DNA of 63,876 nucleotides, filler included, from Reticulomyxa filosa (GCA_000512085.1; 18 parts of 18 records of this genome joined end to end with filler, not necessarily neighbours in it), one strand, 5' to 3'; positions 49,200-62,769 are shown, counted from the first letter of the whole stretch. Numbers and translations are program-made. Notes: generated by a model from the sequence alone, not told the origin.

Positions 49200-50487
49200 A
49201 ACTTGACAGATTTAATGGCATCTTCTATATCAGCAGAGGAAAAGTACTCTTCGATGATACGTTTGACATGCTTTTTCAAGCGACTGACACGTTCGTTATT
49301 TCTTGCAAATTCGGTTTGTCGTACCAAGTCTTTCAAATGAGAAGATTCCAAATGTCCCTTATCCACACAGTACTCTCCAAATTCCACCAGTGCATCATAC
49401 GCTTTGGGATTGCTCAGCACCATTTCATTGACACGGTGAAACAGTCGACGAAATGCAGACAACAACTTTTTTTTTTATTTAATTTAAAAAAGTTTAGATT
49501 TTTTTGTTTTTTTTTTTTTTTTTTTTAAGGGGCCTGCACATTCATATATATATACACATATATATGTATATGGATATATGTATATAACATAAAAGAGGAG
49601 TCGGGGATCATGGAAAAGGGAGAAAGAGGTAATGTTCAAAGCAACGAAACTTGCAACTCGGTAACAATTTTTTTGGCACATAAATTATCCAGCAATTGTC
49701 GGACGATGGCATAAGTGCTTTCTTCTCCTGCGCTGATAGTGACAAACAATAACATCTTTGGAACCTGATTGTGAAATTGAGGGACGCTGCAAGCGAGGAT
49801 TTCCTTCATGAACACTTCTTCGGTCACGTCTTCGCCTGTCAAAAAGTCTCGTGTCAATGTCTCGATCATGTATTTGAAAGTGCTCAGTGATTCGATATTG
49901 TTTCGAAATTGGGTTTGATATTCTTCATCCAATACCATGTAATCGTCATATTCTTTGTCTTCCTCCGTCGTATTTTTCCCAGTTCCGTTCTTGTCTTCGG
50001 TCTCTCGACCACTTTTGTTTTCATTGTCATTTTCTTCGCTTTTCTTCGTATTTAGTGTCACCATGCTCACTTTCTCACTCACATTCGCTTCCACTTCTTC
50101 TTCCACGGCTCCACCTTGTCCCGCTTTGTCGTCTACTCCAGTCGGGTTTGATTCTTCGTAGTGGTCTACATCTTCTTCGTCGTCATGTACTGTTTCGTCG
50201 TTCAAATACTTTTGTTTGTTTGTTTGTTTGCTCTTATCACTTGCGGTGACGTAAACAAAAAATATTTCAAATCTGTGAACAACTTTGATAAAAGGTGTAT
50301 TTGTTTTATAGACACAACTTTCAAATCTTCCAAAGGTGTATCCCACACCCCTTTGCGACTAGAACCGATCCGCTTTTCTGTTGCACCCAAGAATTTTTTG
50401 TTATTATTTTTTATTTGTGGAGAAGCAAAGGAGACAGAAGCGAAAAAAGAAATTGCAAAGATTGCCTGTCTTCTCAGTTTTTGACAT
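49200..50487 (-). CDS. MA3-domain protein (PDCD4-like), 3' truncated
   Basis: FKYMIETLTRDFL..., AFRRLFHRVNEMVLSNPKAYDALVEF, KKHVKRIIEEYFSSADIEDAIKSV (tandem MA3 domains). Confidence 0.85.
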
Positions 50488-50733
50488 TATGAATGAATAA
50501 TTTTTTTTTATTGTCACGATGTAGTTTTATAAGTTTACCCCTTTTTTTTTTTATTCTTCTCTTTTATACCAAAAAATGAACTGATGATGTTTGAAACGAT
50601 TCAACAAAAAGCAATAACTTCAAGTCGATATCAAGAATACGTGGGCATGCACATTATGCTTTATGTGTTTTTGAATTGTTTGAAAAGCAAAATCTCAAAT
50701 TTCAACAACACCAAATGAAAGTGATAATTAAGT

Positions 50734-51579
50734 TCATTCTCTGCGTTTTTTCGCCGATTTTTGTGCTACACGTCCTTCTTTCCTTCGTTCAACTCTACTT
50801 TTGTTAGATGGATCTCCTTCCAAAGATCCAGCTTTTCCTTTTTTGGTTGCTTGCTAAAGTAACAAAAAACAAAAACTATCAATAGCAAAACAGCTCCAAA
50901 CCTCATTTAAAAAAAAATGAAATTCAACTTGAGCAAAAACTTCTTTCATCATTTCCCAGCTGTTTTTTAGGTATAGAAAGCCCTGATAACCATAATAAAT
51001 AGGCAACCAACTAAGCAACCAATACGCGTAATTAGTAAATATCCACAGTAGATTTACAACCCAACACGTTATCAATATGTCCCACATCAACCTGTTTGAT
51101 TTGGGATTGACTAGTGTTAAAAAAGGTAATTAGACCTTGCCTTTTTTTTTTGCTCGTTTATTTGATTGGTTTGGAATGAAACTCAACGAAGAACTGGGTA
51201 ATCCTTTGCGGATTGCATTCAGAACTTGCGAGAGAGAATACCCATATATTGCTAACAAAATAATCAATTTAATCCAATTTGTGAAACCAAATGAACTTTC
51301 CGACCACACACGAAAATACAAAAATGATAGCTGATTTTTTTTATCATTTTGTTAGTTGATAAAACAACTTGTTAATTTTTTACTCATAACATTCATTTCT
51401 ACATATGTTTTTGCTTACATACGATCAACAGGACTGTTGCGATCCCCAAACGTATCGACCAAGTTTGAAACTCTTTTTTCCTCTTTTTTTCTGCGTCTTG
51501 TGCCTACAAACACAAGTGCGCACACTTTGTTAAAATGACACTTGCAGCCAAACGTCAATATAAACAAATTGCCAACCAT
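50734..51579 (-). CDS. SND2/TMEM208 (DUF788) ER-targeting membrane protein, multi-exon
   Basis: Spliced M-AQDAEKKRKKE..., hydrophobic segments, WDILITCWVVNLLWIFTNYAYWLLSWLPIYYGYQ and a basic tail ...KSAKKRRE*. Confidence 0.7.
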
Positions 51580-51911
51580 TTTTACTATTGACGCCTCCTG
51601 ATTTATTCAAAAGAATTTATATCTTTTCCCTTCAAAGGAATATAACGGGCTAATAATTTTTTCCCGCAGGAAAATTACTTGTTCCTAGTGCGAAAACTGA
51701 AAAAAAATTAAATTGAAAGAAATAAGCAAAATTAAATAATAACAATTTTAAACAACAAATAAAAACTAATTATTTGAGTAAGTTGTTTAAGTCAAATAGT
51801 GATATGTTATTTAAGCTAGTATGTGTCCTTTTCCAGGTTTTCAGTTTTGACTTTGTATATGAAATCAAAATATTTTGTTGCCTCATTTTAAAAAAAGAGA
51901 AATCAATAAGC

Positions 51912-53121
51912 ATGTGGTCAAGCCTGATTGAATTAATAGTAACTCTTTGGCAATTCACTCGTGTGACACTGCACTGGCCGAGTACAAAACAATACCTAAC
52001 AGGCCTAATAAGTTATATGTTTGGTTGGAACCACGAGTATGGATATGGAAGCAAATCAACAGCAGCAGCAATCGCATGGCATTGTCAGAAGACGTTAAAA
52101 GGGAAAACGGCAATAGTGACAGGAGCATCAAGTGGTTTGGGTTTTGAAACTTGTGCCACACTGTATGAAAATGGATGCAATGTAATAATGGCAGTCAGAA
52201 ATCTATCAAAGGGAAAGGTGATTATAGACACAATTGAGAGACTAAATAAACATAAAAAAAAGAGAGGCAAATTATTGTTGATGCATTTAGATTTGAGTGA
52301 TCTTTCATCGGTTCGAAAGTTTGCAGAAAATGTCATTGAATCTAAACTTCCAGTTTCCTTGTTAATCAATAACGCAGGTTACAAAGGAGGCTAAACAGTG
52401 CGCCCCTCCTTCTCTATTTACGTACACGTACGAGATTTGTTTTTTTTTTTTTTTTTTATGTTTGTTTGTTTGAATAGGTATAGCGAGAATGGAGAAATTG
52501 GAGATGACTGTGGATGGAATTGAAAAGACATTTGCAGTAAATTATTTGGGACATTACGTTTTAACCCAATTGCTAATGGAGCCGGTGTTGCATAAGAATG
52601 GCCCTTCTCGTATTATCAATGTTGCCTCCATTGCACACAGTTGGATGGATAATTACTATACTGGACTGAAATCAAACCAATGTCGTGTGAATTGGAAGGA
52701 GGTCAGCAAAGGCACGTACAACGGCAATCCCTGGGACCCCTTTGGAGCCGATGGACATAGCAAAGCTGCAATGATCTTGCATGCCAAGTTTTTGAACGCA
52801 GATATCATTGAAAACAATTGGAACGTGACCATCAACAGCTGCCATCCTGGATGCATTTTTGACACCAATTTACATGCTAATGTGCAATTGCAAAAAACAA
52901 TATTTTACCGAATCTTCCGACTTTTGACTCCATTGTTATTCAAAAAGGTGGGACAAGGAGCAAGCACGCAAGTCATGCTCGCTTGTCATCCGCAATTGAA
53001 TGGAGTCACTGGAAAATACTTTCAAGACTGTGGCCAAACTATCCCTTCACCTTTGGCCACAAGTAGTGTCATTGCGCAAGAATTGAAACAATTCAGTCAA
53101 CAATTTATTCAAGAGAGTTAG
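51912..53121 (+). CDS. Short-chain dehydrogenase/reductase (RDH11-14/WWOX-like), 2 exons
   Basis: TGASSGLG, LDLSDLSSV, NNAG, FAVNYLGH, RIINVAS, HPG, GASTQV. The catalytic YxxxK reads DGHSK. Confidence 0.92.
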
Positions 53122-53895
53122 TGCTTTAAAACTAAGTCAATGCTCTCCCTCCCCCCCCCCCCTTTGATGAGCATACCATGATGATTCAAACTCAAATATT
53201 TCTTTTGCTGAAAAACTGCAATCAGAGCACAATTTGTGCAATAACAAATCGAATGTATTCTTTGTTTTGTAAAAGCCAAGTTCAATTCCAAATCATGCAT
53301 TTGCTTTGGTTCTTGGTTGTCATGTGTAATTGAGTATCGATACTTTGTAGCCAATAACTACGCTTTTAAGACACTCTCATGGGAAATGAACAACTGCAAG
53401 AGCAGATTTCATATAAAATCAAAGTAATTAAATAATACGAATAAAACAAAAGAGAAGTGTCGGAACGAAAGAGAGCAAATAAAAAAAAAGGTCCGAATTT
53501 CAATCGGAGCTTTACTTAACAGATAGGACCTTGTCTAAAAAAATGTTATTACATCACGGCACAAAAAAAGTGCAGAACAATAAAGAATCAAAGCTATATT
53601 TGACAATCGCTTTTTTAATTGGTGATTGGATTCACTTAATTTGTTTGAGTTCAAGATTGTCAATTAGCTAGAGAACTACTTAAAACAAACAAATAAAGGT
53701 GTTCAGCGCCGTGAGTAGAAGGGCAATCGAGTGCTGAAAGTTAAAAAATTCCAAATAATGAAAAATGTTCGTTAACCCAAACCCGAAAATTAGAAAAAAA
53801 AGACAATGGTGACACAAGCAATTCAACAAATGTCCGATCTTGATATAATTTATTAGATTTTTTGTGTCTTGTGTGGGTGTCAGGCTATTTTGATT

Positions 53896-54316
53896 TCAAG
53901 AGTGATTGGACGACGGCATGTCCGGTGGCAACTTGAGCACAGGCCCGTCTTCATCGCTGTCTATGGGATTTGATTTGATGTGCACAACAGGACTATCTTG
54001 AGCGCTGTCGGAACTCTTTCTGGAAGTTTTGTTCCAGATGTCTTCGAGGCTCTTTGGGACCGTGACATTGAACTTGGACCAGTCCGTGCGACTGATGTGA
54101 TTGGAGTCATTGCCATTGATAGAAATAGTAGCGCGCTGGCCGTCGTCACGTGAGAGCGATGTTTCATATTTATTTCTGAAGGTCGATTCTTCCATTGCAG
54201 TGCGTGGTGAAGTGATGAAAATGCCAGTACCACTAACAGTTTGATGTGTTTCATGTTTTGCACAATCGTTTTGAAGCGTTTTTTCATCATTGTTATTGTT
54301 ATTATTATTGTTATCA

Positions 54317-54348
<32 letters not shown>

Positions 54349-55354
54349 GTTATTAGTGATAGTGTCATTGTTGTTATTGTAATCCTTTTTCAAAGTGTTG
54401 TCCGCTGCAGAGTGTTTGTCATGACTGTTCTGCTTACTTTTGTGATCCACCCAAACTCCGGTTTGTTTTTCGATTTCACACATGTGCTCCTCTGTCATCC
54501 CGCAACGTGGTGATATGCCCAATGTTCGACTGCAATTGGCAACCCCGGCCTGCCGGATATTTGTCGGATCATCGTCCACAAACAATATCTTTGCACAAAC
54601 ATATACACATTTCCAATTATGTTTTCAAATCGCTTGTGTATTTATGTTTGTTTTTTTAAAAAAAAAAAAATAACTTGATTCGATGTCAGATTGTGCTTCT
54701 TCCTTAAATCTTCAATTATTTTGGCTTTTCGACCACCGGCACGGGTCAGCTCTTGAGAGTCGCATCCGATGATTACACAATCATTCCAATGTGAGCCTAA
54801 GCCCATTCTTTCCAACGCCTTTCCAATTACTGAAACATATCCATATGAAACGATCGCCATCTTCGCGCCAGATTTCACGCGCTGGAAGTGTAAGTTCAAT
54901 CGCTTCACACGGATTTCGCCACCAAACACTTCCAGCAAAGTTTCGTCTGATAGTTGTGACAATTCATCCAACAGTACCGTTTTTTTTTTTTTTGTTGGTT
55001 GCTAAAAAAAAAAAAAAAAAAAACATCTTACAAATTTGTCTTTGATTTAACATTTTGTTTTCATCGTACTTTAATTTCCTACTCCGCCCCTCTTCCTACA
55101 CTCATCCTCTTCTACTTTCCTTCAGAAGAGAAAAAAAAATCAATGTCGAGTATTTGTACCTCCTTCTAAGCGATGATACAAATGATCGCAGGTAATGGTT
55201 TGATCGAAGTCATATACTACTAATGATACTTTTTCTTGGTCTCCTATGAAAGTGTCCCAGTTAGTACCACCGTCCCAATTGTTCTTGTCCTTCCTTTTCT
55301 TTCAGTAGTACTCTTCAAAGCACAGACAGTATAGCCACCTGAAATTTTTGTCAT
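53896..55354 (-). CDS. HAD-superfamily hydrolase with a poly-Asn low-complexity tail, multi-exon
   Basis: Spliced MTKISGDQEKVSLVVYDFDQT (motif I), IVS (II), K (III), ILFVDDDPTN (IV). Confidence 0.85.
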
Positions 55355-56947
55355 TTGATTGTGGGAGTTTATTTTACAGAAACCCACTATGCATGGTTAT
55401 TGTGCTAAAAAAAAATTTTTGTACCGAAAGGACATCTTCGACTTGAGTGATCTTTTCTTCTGTTTGATAAAATTTATTACTAATAATCTCAAATTTTGCT
55501 TTAGTGGTCATTTCAAGTACCACCAGATATCATAATAAACCTTAATAACAAATAAGTTATAATATTGTCGACAATAAAGTCCAGAAATGTGTAAGATGAA
55601 ACTTCTCAGTCCATTAACTGAGATCAAGCTCAAAAGAGAAAATACCAAAAAGGTTATTACATCATTGAAGAAAAGTAAAAGTACATCTTTTCGTTTGTTC
55701 AATGCTTACTTTCTATCGGCTGTGTTTTTATCTATGAGCAACAGTTGTTCAGCATTTGGCTAGATATCATCTTGTACACATCATCTTCTACAAACATTAA
55801 AGGAAATACATAAAAAGATAAGTTGTGAATAATGCGTAAAGATAAAATGAACGACTATCATTTTTTTTGTGTCTGGAACATCAAGCAACGTATAAAAATA
55901 TGACGAGATGTACTAGTGGTTGGTTTAATGTGTAATTATAGACAGTAAACACGTTAAAAGATTAAAATGTTTATTATCGTCAGTTTTCCAGATTTTTGAC
56001 GTTTGATATGCAAAGAAAAATTCACGAAATGAATAAACAATCTAAGTTGCTTCAATTCATTGATGTAGCTTTTCATTAGATTTAAATGTACGGAAATAAA
56101 ATCGATTCAAAAATTGAATACTTTCACAGTAAATATTAACTAACTGCATTCGTTGTAATTGATTTAATTAAAATAAAGAAACGATCAGATTCAAATACTT
56201 TTGTGTCGATCTTATTATCTTCCAGGTTTACATACTACTAGCACTAACTTGCACGAATTAAACTATGTATACGTTTTTGATTTAATTCTTCGTCCTATCT
56301 ACATGTACAACTACGTCGTTTGACCATATTGCATGTGAAAAACTGTACGTTGATCAATAAATATACGTAGCTTTTTTGAGATTGGATAATGATTTTATAG
56401 ACAAAAGGTTTACAAATAGAGCGCGCCAATTCAATAACTTTTTGTTACATAAGAAATAGAGAGAGTAATAAATTTATTTGAAGCAACAAATCATCTACAT
56501 AAAACATAGACTATTAAGTCCGTCGAACATGGTCGCAAAGAAAAGATGTTGGATCTGTTGACAGGGAAACAAAAATGACCCCAAAGTATTTTTAAAACCA
56601 TTCACATGACAAGAACAGAAAAAAAAAGCAAACCTGGAAAAAGGAGAGAGAGAGAGATAACGGAAGGAGGATTAAAAAAACACACACAAAGATGAACAAG
56701 AAAGAAAGGACCACTTAAAAAAAAAAAAGTCAAGACGGTTAGGATAAAGATTGATATTTCAGTAAACATGGCTCCCGCCTTCCCCCCTTCTCCTTCTCCT
56801 CCTTTTCATCTCTCCATTTATCTCTCTTCATTACCAATCTAATCTCCCCACTGTGCAAGCAGCAAACTTGCAACGTAAGAGAAGAGAAGAAGGGGGAAAA
56901 CAAAGGCTAGTTTTTTTTTTTTTTTTTTAAATGTTAAAAAAGAAGAT

Positions 56948-57440
56948 TTATTCCATTTCTTGTTTTTCATCCAAGTCGCACTCTTCGGGAATTGCGTTTA
57001 ATGCATTGTATTCTTTAATATTAGTAAAAGAATGCTCGCCCTCCATATTATTAACCCAGTCGCTGTGCCAGGTTGCTTCCATCAAAGCGAATTGTGACTC
57101 AAGTTCTTTTCTCTCAGAGGGACTGAAGAGCGAAACACTAGAGGCATCACTATCCCAAGAAAATCTGGTGCTATGCTTCGATGAGGTGCGAATCAATGAC
57201 ACTGGCCGACTTCGCAAGACAGTGCTATTGTTTCCACTTGTGCCAATTGGGGTATCATTACTCGTTATTGTATTCAATGCTTCACTAGGGCTTCGGTTGT
57301 TTGTATGCATTAAAAATGATAAACGATCACCGCTCAAACTATTTACACTTTCTATCATCGATTCTTCCGTCAAACTGTTTTCATAATACCATTCACTGTG
57401 GCTCAATGCCTTGCTTTCTTTCATTCCGTGTTCAAGCTTT
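56948..57440 (-). CDS. Last exon of an unknown Ser-rich protein
   Basis: 158-aa ORF preceded by a poly-A intron end at the contig edge. Confidence 0.5.
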
Positions 57441-57945
57441 ATTATTTATTTATTATTTTTTTTTTTTTTTTTTTTTTTTTTTATTTCAAAAAANNNNNNN
57501 NNNNNNNNNNNNNNNNNNNNNNNNNNNNNNNNNNNNNTTAATTAATTAANNNNNNNNNNNNNNNNNNNNNNNNNNNNNNNNNNNNNNNNNNNNACTAATA
57601 TAATCATTTGAGACTTTGTTTGAATTGAATTCTTTTTCCTTGTAATTCAACCAATTAAAAAAAATGTAAAGTGATTTTTTTTTATCCACATTTATTATTT
57701 TCAATGGAAATAATTTTATGGATAATCTCGGGTGTCTTTTATTAAAGAGAAAGATTTGTCCAAATTTCTGTGTTTGAGCAATTGATTTAATAGCATATTA
57801 TGTCTTAACAGTTAGAAAAACAAGCACTTATTTAAAATAATAGCATTTCACAGAAATCTGAAGCCAACTTGTAATTTTTTGATTAAACCTGGCAAAGGAA
57901 AAGTTCTGCAAAATAGATTTTTGTTTTACTCCATATCTGGTGGAC

Positions 57946-58764
57946 ATGGAAGACGAAATATTGTCCTTCTTGAAAAATCCACCTGTAAACATGAAACAGG
58001 AACAGGCAGAGGCATTGTACAAAGTGCTTCGTGATGATCAAGAGTGTGACTCGATGAAAGACGTCGCCAGGTTAAAAGAAAAAGACTGGGAAAACGTGTT
58101 TCAAAAAGTGGAATTGAAAACAGCAACACAAGGGAGATTGCTCGATGCTATCAAGGACATATCAAAAAAATCAGACATTCCAATTCCAATTCCTGAGCAG
58201 TATGTTCTATTCATTATGTGATATTGAGTAGTTTTGAACAACGACAAACAAGCAACATTTTTAAAAAAAAACAGAAGCAAAGAAACTGTGCTGGTTTCCA
58301 AAGTGATAAAAACAACTAACAGCATCTGTGTGACATTGAAGGTATTTTACTACGTATATCACAAAAAAAAAAATCGATTCTTTTTTTTTTTAAAAAAACA
58401 AAAACATATCCCCATGCAATAGAACAACATACAAGTAACGATCCCCTTGAGTGATGAAAAATGGAAACATTTAGAAATAGAAGAAGGTGATGAAATTGAA
58501 TGCTGTTATTCTATCACTGAACCAAACACTGTTGTGGCAATATATGACATACAATTTCCGAAAAAATATTTTAAAGATGTTTCAGTATCCAGTAAAGATT
58601 CAACAGCTGAAATTGTACCACTTTCAATGCTTTCAAAAGGACAGGAGCAAAAAGTGTGTAATACATATACGTATATGTGTACATATATGTACGTATTATC
58701 CATAAAGGTATTTGCTTACATGTACAAATTTAAAAATGTTATTGGGTAATGGCAATAAAGGTAG
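57946..58764 (+). CDS. Hypothetical protein with a SAM-like N-terminus, multi-exon, 3' truncated
   Basis: MEDEILSFLKN...ALYKVLRDDQECDSMKDVARLKEKDW...TQGRLLDAI helical pattern, followed by further short exons. Confidence 0.5.
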
Positions 58765-58864
58765 NNNNNNNNNNNNNNNNNNNNNNNNNNNNNNNNNNNN
58801 NNNNNNNNTTAATTAATTAANNNNNNNNNNNNNNNNNNNNNNNNNNNNNNNNNNNNNNNNNNNN

Positions 58865-59105
58865 GCACGCGCGCCGTCGCAACCGGCGCCGCCCCCAAGC
58901 CCACCGTCAGACCGGCCGGCAAGGTTTCACCCGTTTGCAAGCGGGAGCCAGGCGTACGCAGCGTCTGGTACATCAAATCTTCAAAAATGGCTGCGCTACG
59001 CTTGAAACCCTTGGTACCGACGTTGGCCAGGTTGTTGGAAATGACGTCCAGCCGAAACTGGCTGGATTCCATACCCGACTTGGCGGTGTAAAGCGAACGC
59101 ATCAT
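58865..59105 (-). CDS. flgG: Flagellar basal-body rod protein FlgG, 5' part
   Basis: MMRSLYTAKSGMESSQFRLDVISNNLANVGTKGFKRSAAIFEDLMYQTLR. Confidence 0.95.
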
Positions 59106-59135
59106 GATGTCTTACCTACCGTTATCCGTTTTCCA

Positions 59136-59869
59136 TTAGGTCGGCGACAGGATCTGTGTCGCCGACTTGGCATTCTGTTCAGCTGTCTGCATCAGCTTGA
59201 CGTTCAGGTCGTAATGCTTGGCATGGCTGATCATCTGCACCAGGCTATCGACAGCATTGACGTTACTGCCTTCCAGATACCCTGCGCGCACCTTCACTGC
59301 AGGGTCCGCATCGGCATCCTGGCCGCTGTGCAAGCGGAACAAGCCATCTTCGCCTTTGTAAACCTCGTTCTGTGCCGGGTTGACAAGCTTCAGGCGGCCA
59401 ATCTCTTGCGGCGCGCCACCGTTGGCCGGAATGGCAAACAAGGTACCGCCTGGCGCAAGTCTGGCAGCGTGCCTTCCGGCATTTGCAGCTGACCACCCTC
59501 ACCAGCAATTACCATGCCAGATCTGGTGCGCAAAACACCGGTGGAATCCAGCAAAAAACCGCCATCTCGGGTATACGCTTCGCCACCACCCGGCAACTCG
59601 ACGGCAAAAAAACCCGGACCGGCAATGGCAAAGTCGAAATTATTGCCGGTCACTTGCAGTGGACCTTGCGACAGGTCGTGACCAACAGTGTTATCCACCT
59701 GATAAATACGGGTAGGCGCACCGTCTCCCACTACCGGCAACGAGCGGAATGCATTCAGTTCCGCCTTGAAGCCCGTCGTGTGCGCATTGGCAAGATTGTT
59801 GGCGGTGGTGGCCTGCTGCAATTCCACATGCTTGGCACCGGTCATCGCCAGGTAAATCATCTTGTCCAT
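59136..59869 (-). CDS. flgF: Flagellar basal-body rod protein FlgF (one frameshift near 59455)
   Basis: MDKMIYLAMTGAK...NNLANAHTTGFKA, GEAYTRDG, LKLVNP, GYLEGSNVNAV; split across two ORFs by a 1-bp loss. Confidence 0.95.
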
Positions 59870-59890
59870 ATCACGCTACCCGTTCAGTGA

Positions 59891-59990
59891 TTAACGCAGG
59901 TTGAGCAGGGTTTGCAGGATGGCATCCTGCGTCTTGATGGTCTGCGCATTGGCCTGATAGAAGCGCTGCGCGACGATCATGTTGATCAGC
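59891..59990 (-). CDS. flgE: Flagellar hook protein FlgE, 3' end
   Basis: [32 protein letters not shown], directly upstream of flgF. Confidence 0.93.
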
Positions 59991-60545
59991 NNNNNNNNNN
60001 NNNNNNNNNNNNNNNNNNNNNNNNNNNNNNNNNNTTAATTAATTAANNNNNNNNNNNNNNNNNNNNNNNNNNNNNNNNNNNNNNNNNNNNTGTTCCAACC
60101 GACCACAAACAGCTCGCTTAAGGGAAAGTAGCGTGAGATTTGTCTCAACGGGCTACTATCTCAAAATCTCCAAAATCTTTCATAACCAAAAAAATTCCAA
60201 ATTAAATTTAGGAAAAAAAGACTTAATAACATCTTGGTGAATCTATAATCATTGATAAACTGGTTGTGCGAAATTTCTTCTTTTATCGAATTCTTGATTT
60301 ATTGAAAGATCATGTCTTCTTTCCGACTGGTAAGGTGTTTGCTTGTTGTTAGTAAAGTCCAAAAACCTAACATAGTACTAGGATGTTGTCAATACTGTTC
60401 ACCTTTTCTCAGACACCTAGCTTCTGAAGCTTTGCATGAGAAGATGTGAAAAGGATTTTTTTTATTTAATGTTCAAAATTATTAACTACGTACATACTCT
60501 TTTTCTAGAAACACTACTAAGAAATTACTTAAAAAAAATAAATAA

Positions 60546-61241
60546 CTACCATTTTGTATAACTCTCCGGCATACTGCTAATTAATTTCTGACAAAATTCT
60601 ACCGGTATTTTTTCACATTCCTCTTGGACAATCTACAACAGGCTTTGGATTGATGTCGGGTGATTTTTATGATTTTTAATATGTCGTTTTAATTCATTCC
60701 ACAAATGTTCCATCGGATTCATATCTGGAGACTTTGAAGGCCAATAAAGAACATTAATATTATTTTTTGCAATATATTTTTATGTAGATTTCGCTGTATA
60801 TTTTGGGTCATTGTCACGTTGAAAAATGATATTACGTTTTTCCATTTGATACCATTCTAATGTTTTCATTATTTCATCCACTAGAATTGTTTTATACAAT
60901 GCAGCATCTAGAGTATTATCTATTTTACATAAAAAACAGACTCCATACCAAGTCATACAGCCCCATATCATGAAAGATCCTCCACCATGCTTTATTGTTG
61001 GAATTACATGACTATCTTGAATTGGTTCTCCATATTTACGTAGTTGATAATTTTGAAAATAAAATAGATTATAAATTATCAATCTGAAAAATCAAAAAAT
61101 TGTATATTTCTAGAGTATAACTGTAAGATATAACTAATATAAATTTTCAGAAAATTATCTTTTTTCATTATAGAGATATTTGCATTTAAGTAAAAAAACG
61201 AATGAAAATTAACAACATCTGAACACTTTTGACCGCAACTG
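60546..61241 (-). mobile_element. Degenerate, internally deleted Tc1 (DD34E) transposon
   Basis: TA|CAGTTGCGGTCAAAAGTGTTCAGA terminus at 61241. Transposase remnant PTIKHGGGSFMIWGC, FQRDNDPKY, WPSKSPDMNPMEHLW with 34 codons between D and E, and in-frame stops. Confidence 0.9.
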
Positions 61242-62769
61242 TATTTCACGTCAGAATATAGAAAAGAAATAGATCTCTAAACACCTTAACATTCAGAAAT
61301 ACACTAGATTGCAAAGAAAACTGAACGCCTAAAACGATATCATATGATNNNNNNNNNNNNNNNNNNNNNNNNNNNNNNNNNNNNNNNNNNNNTTAATTAA
61401 TTAANNNNNNNNNNNNNNNNNNNNNNNNNNNNNNNNNNNNNNNNNNNNAACATTAATTTCCCCCCTTTTTCCATTCATTTTCTTTTCCCATCCCTTTTTT
61501 CACTTAATTTTTCCCCTCCAATTTTCATTACTACAATCCCAACATAAATAAAAAATGAAATATAAAAATACAATATAAAAAAAACTTCCAATCCTTTTTG
61601 CCTCTTGAACCCTGTAAACACAAGCACAAATTTAAATATTTTTTCATTTAAAAAAAAACAAACATACATTTGACGTGGAGCTTAAAGCTCTAATTCCAAT
61701 TATCTATATTTTTTTTTTCTTTTGTTGCGGGGAGGGGGTAAAAATTTATTGTTGATGGGGGCATGCCTATTGACAGACAACAAACATTTGATAAAAAAAA
61801 TATAAAAAAATAAAAAAATATAAAATCCAAACTCTTTAGTTTTTTTTGCAACGTGGGGTGGCTTCAACCCCGAAATTGCTCTTTGTAGGGAATTTGGATG
61901 GGGACGTATACATTTTATTTTTTTTTTGAACATATGGGTTGCAGCTGTTAATCAAAAAAAAAACAACACCAATTATGTAAAAAAAAAAACAACGTATAAA
62001 TGTAGACCAAACCATTTTTACTCCTTGCGGAGACGGGGGGCCTTACCCCATATTCAATTATTTTTTTTCTCTTGATAGAAGATGCACAGCAGCCAAACAA
62101 AAGAAACATCTTTTTTTATTTTTTTTAGAGTTTGCGAACTGTTCAAAAAAACACAAAACAAAACCACTTTTTAGTTGCAAAATAACTTGAAAAATAAAAA
62201 AGACCTACCAGTGTTTGCTAAGAAGACGATTAGCGCCCTATTTATGAACTGGTACTAAAGAGAGATACAACCAAAGAAAAAAAAAAAACTTTTTTTTATT
62301 AAACAATACGTAGACACACAATTCATGAATGTCTATTTAAAAAAATGTAAATTTGCAATTTTTTGTAATATTTTGGCATTTTTGACAAAATAGCTTGAAA
62401 AAAGAATTGTTAAAAATTTTGTATATTATTAAAAAACGAATTAATTACAGATAATTGAAATTAAAAGTGTTTTTTTGGAATAAATCATCACTTTTTCTTG
62501 AGTAATGATTTTTCTCTAGAAGAGAAAAAGTTTTCCCTTTTTAGAAAAAGTTCTCTTAGACATTACAAAGGTGGTTTTGCCTCTTCTTTCTTTAAACAAC
62601 CTAACAACATGGAGAGTTCCTTCACCAATGTATTCCTCTGCAAAAATGTAGCAGCTGCCGAAAAAGAAANNNNNNNNNNNNNNNNNNNNNNNNNNNNNNN
62701 NNNNNNNNNNNNNTTAATTAATTAANNNNNNNNNNNNNNNNNNNNNNNNNNNNNNNNNNNNNNNNNNNN

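Noticed and set aside
54285-54380. (AAT)n poly-Asn tract, the (AATGAC)n tract at 41261-41340 and the many short antisense or FFFF/YIYI ORFs
   Set aside because: Low-complexity tracts and intron read-through typical of AT-rich protist genomes; not independent genes.
59440-59470. flgF frameshift as programmed frameshifting or phase variation
   Set aside because: A single base missing from a short G run. Similar 1-bp indels occur in rluB, Rab GDI and the CP-motif gene, which points to sequencing error.
61700-62260. Possible ribosomal protein L24e-like remnant on the minus strand (QRAISG...)
   Set aside because: Only a few residues match and the frames are broken; not supportable by eye.
11756-62769. 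Recurring TTAATTAATTAA between N runs as a repeat array or CRISPR-like structure
   Set aside because: Identical artificial 100-bp linker between contigs, not biological.
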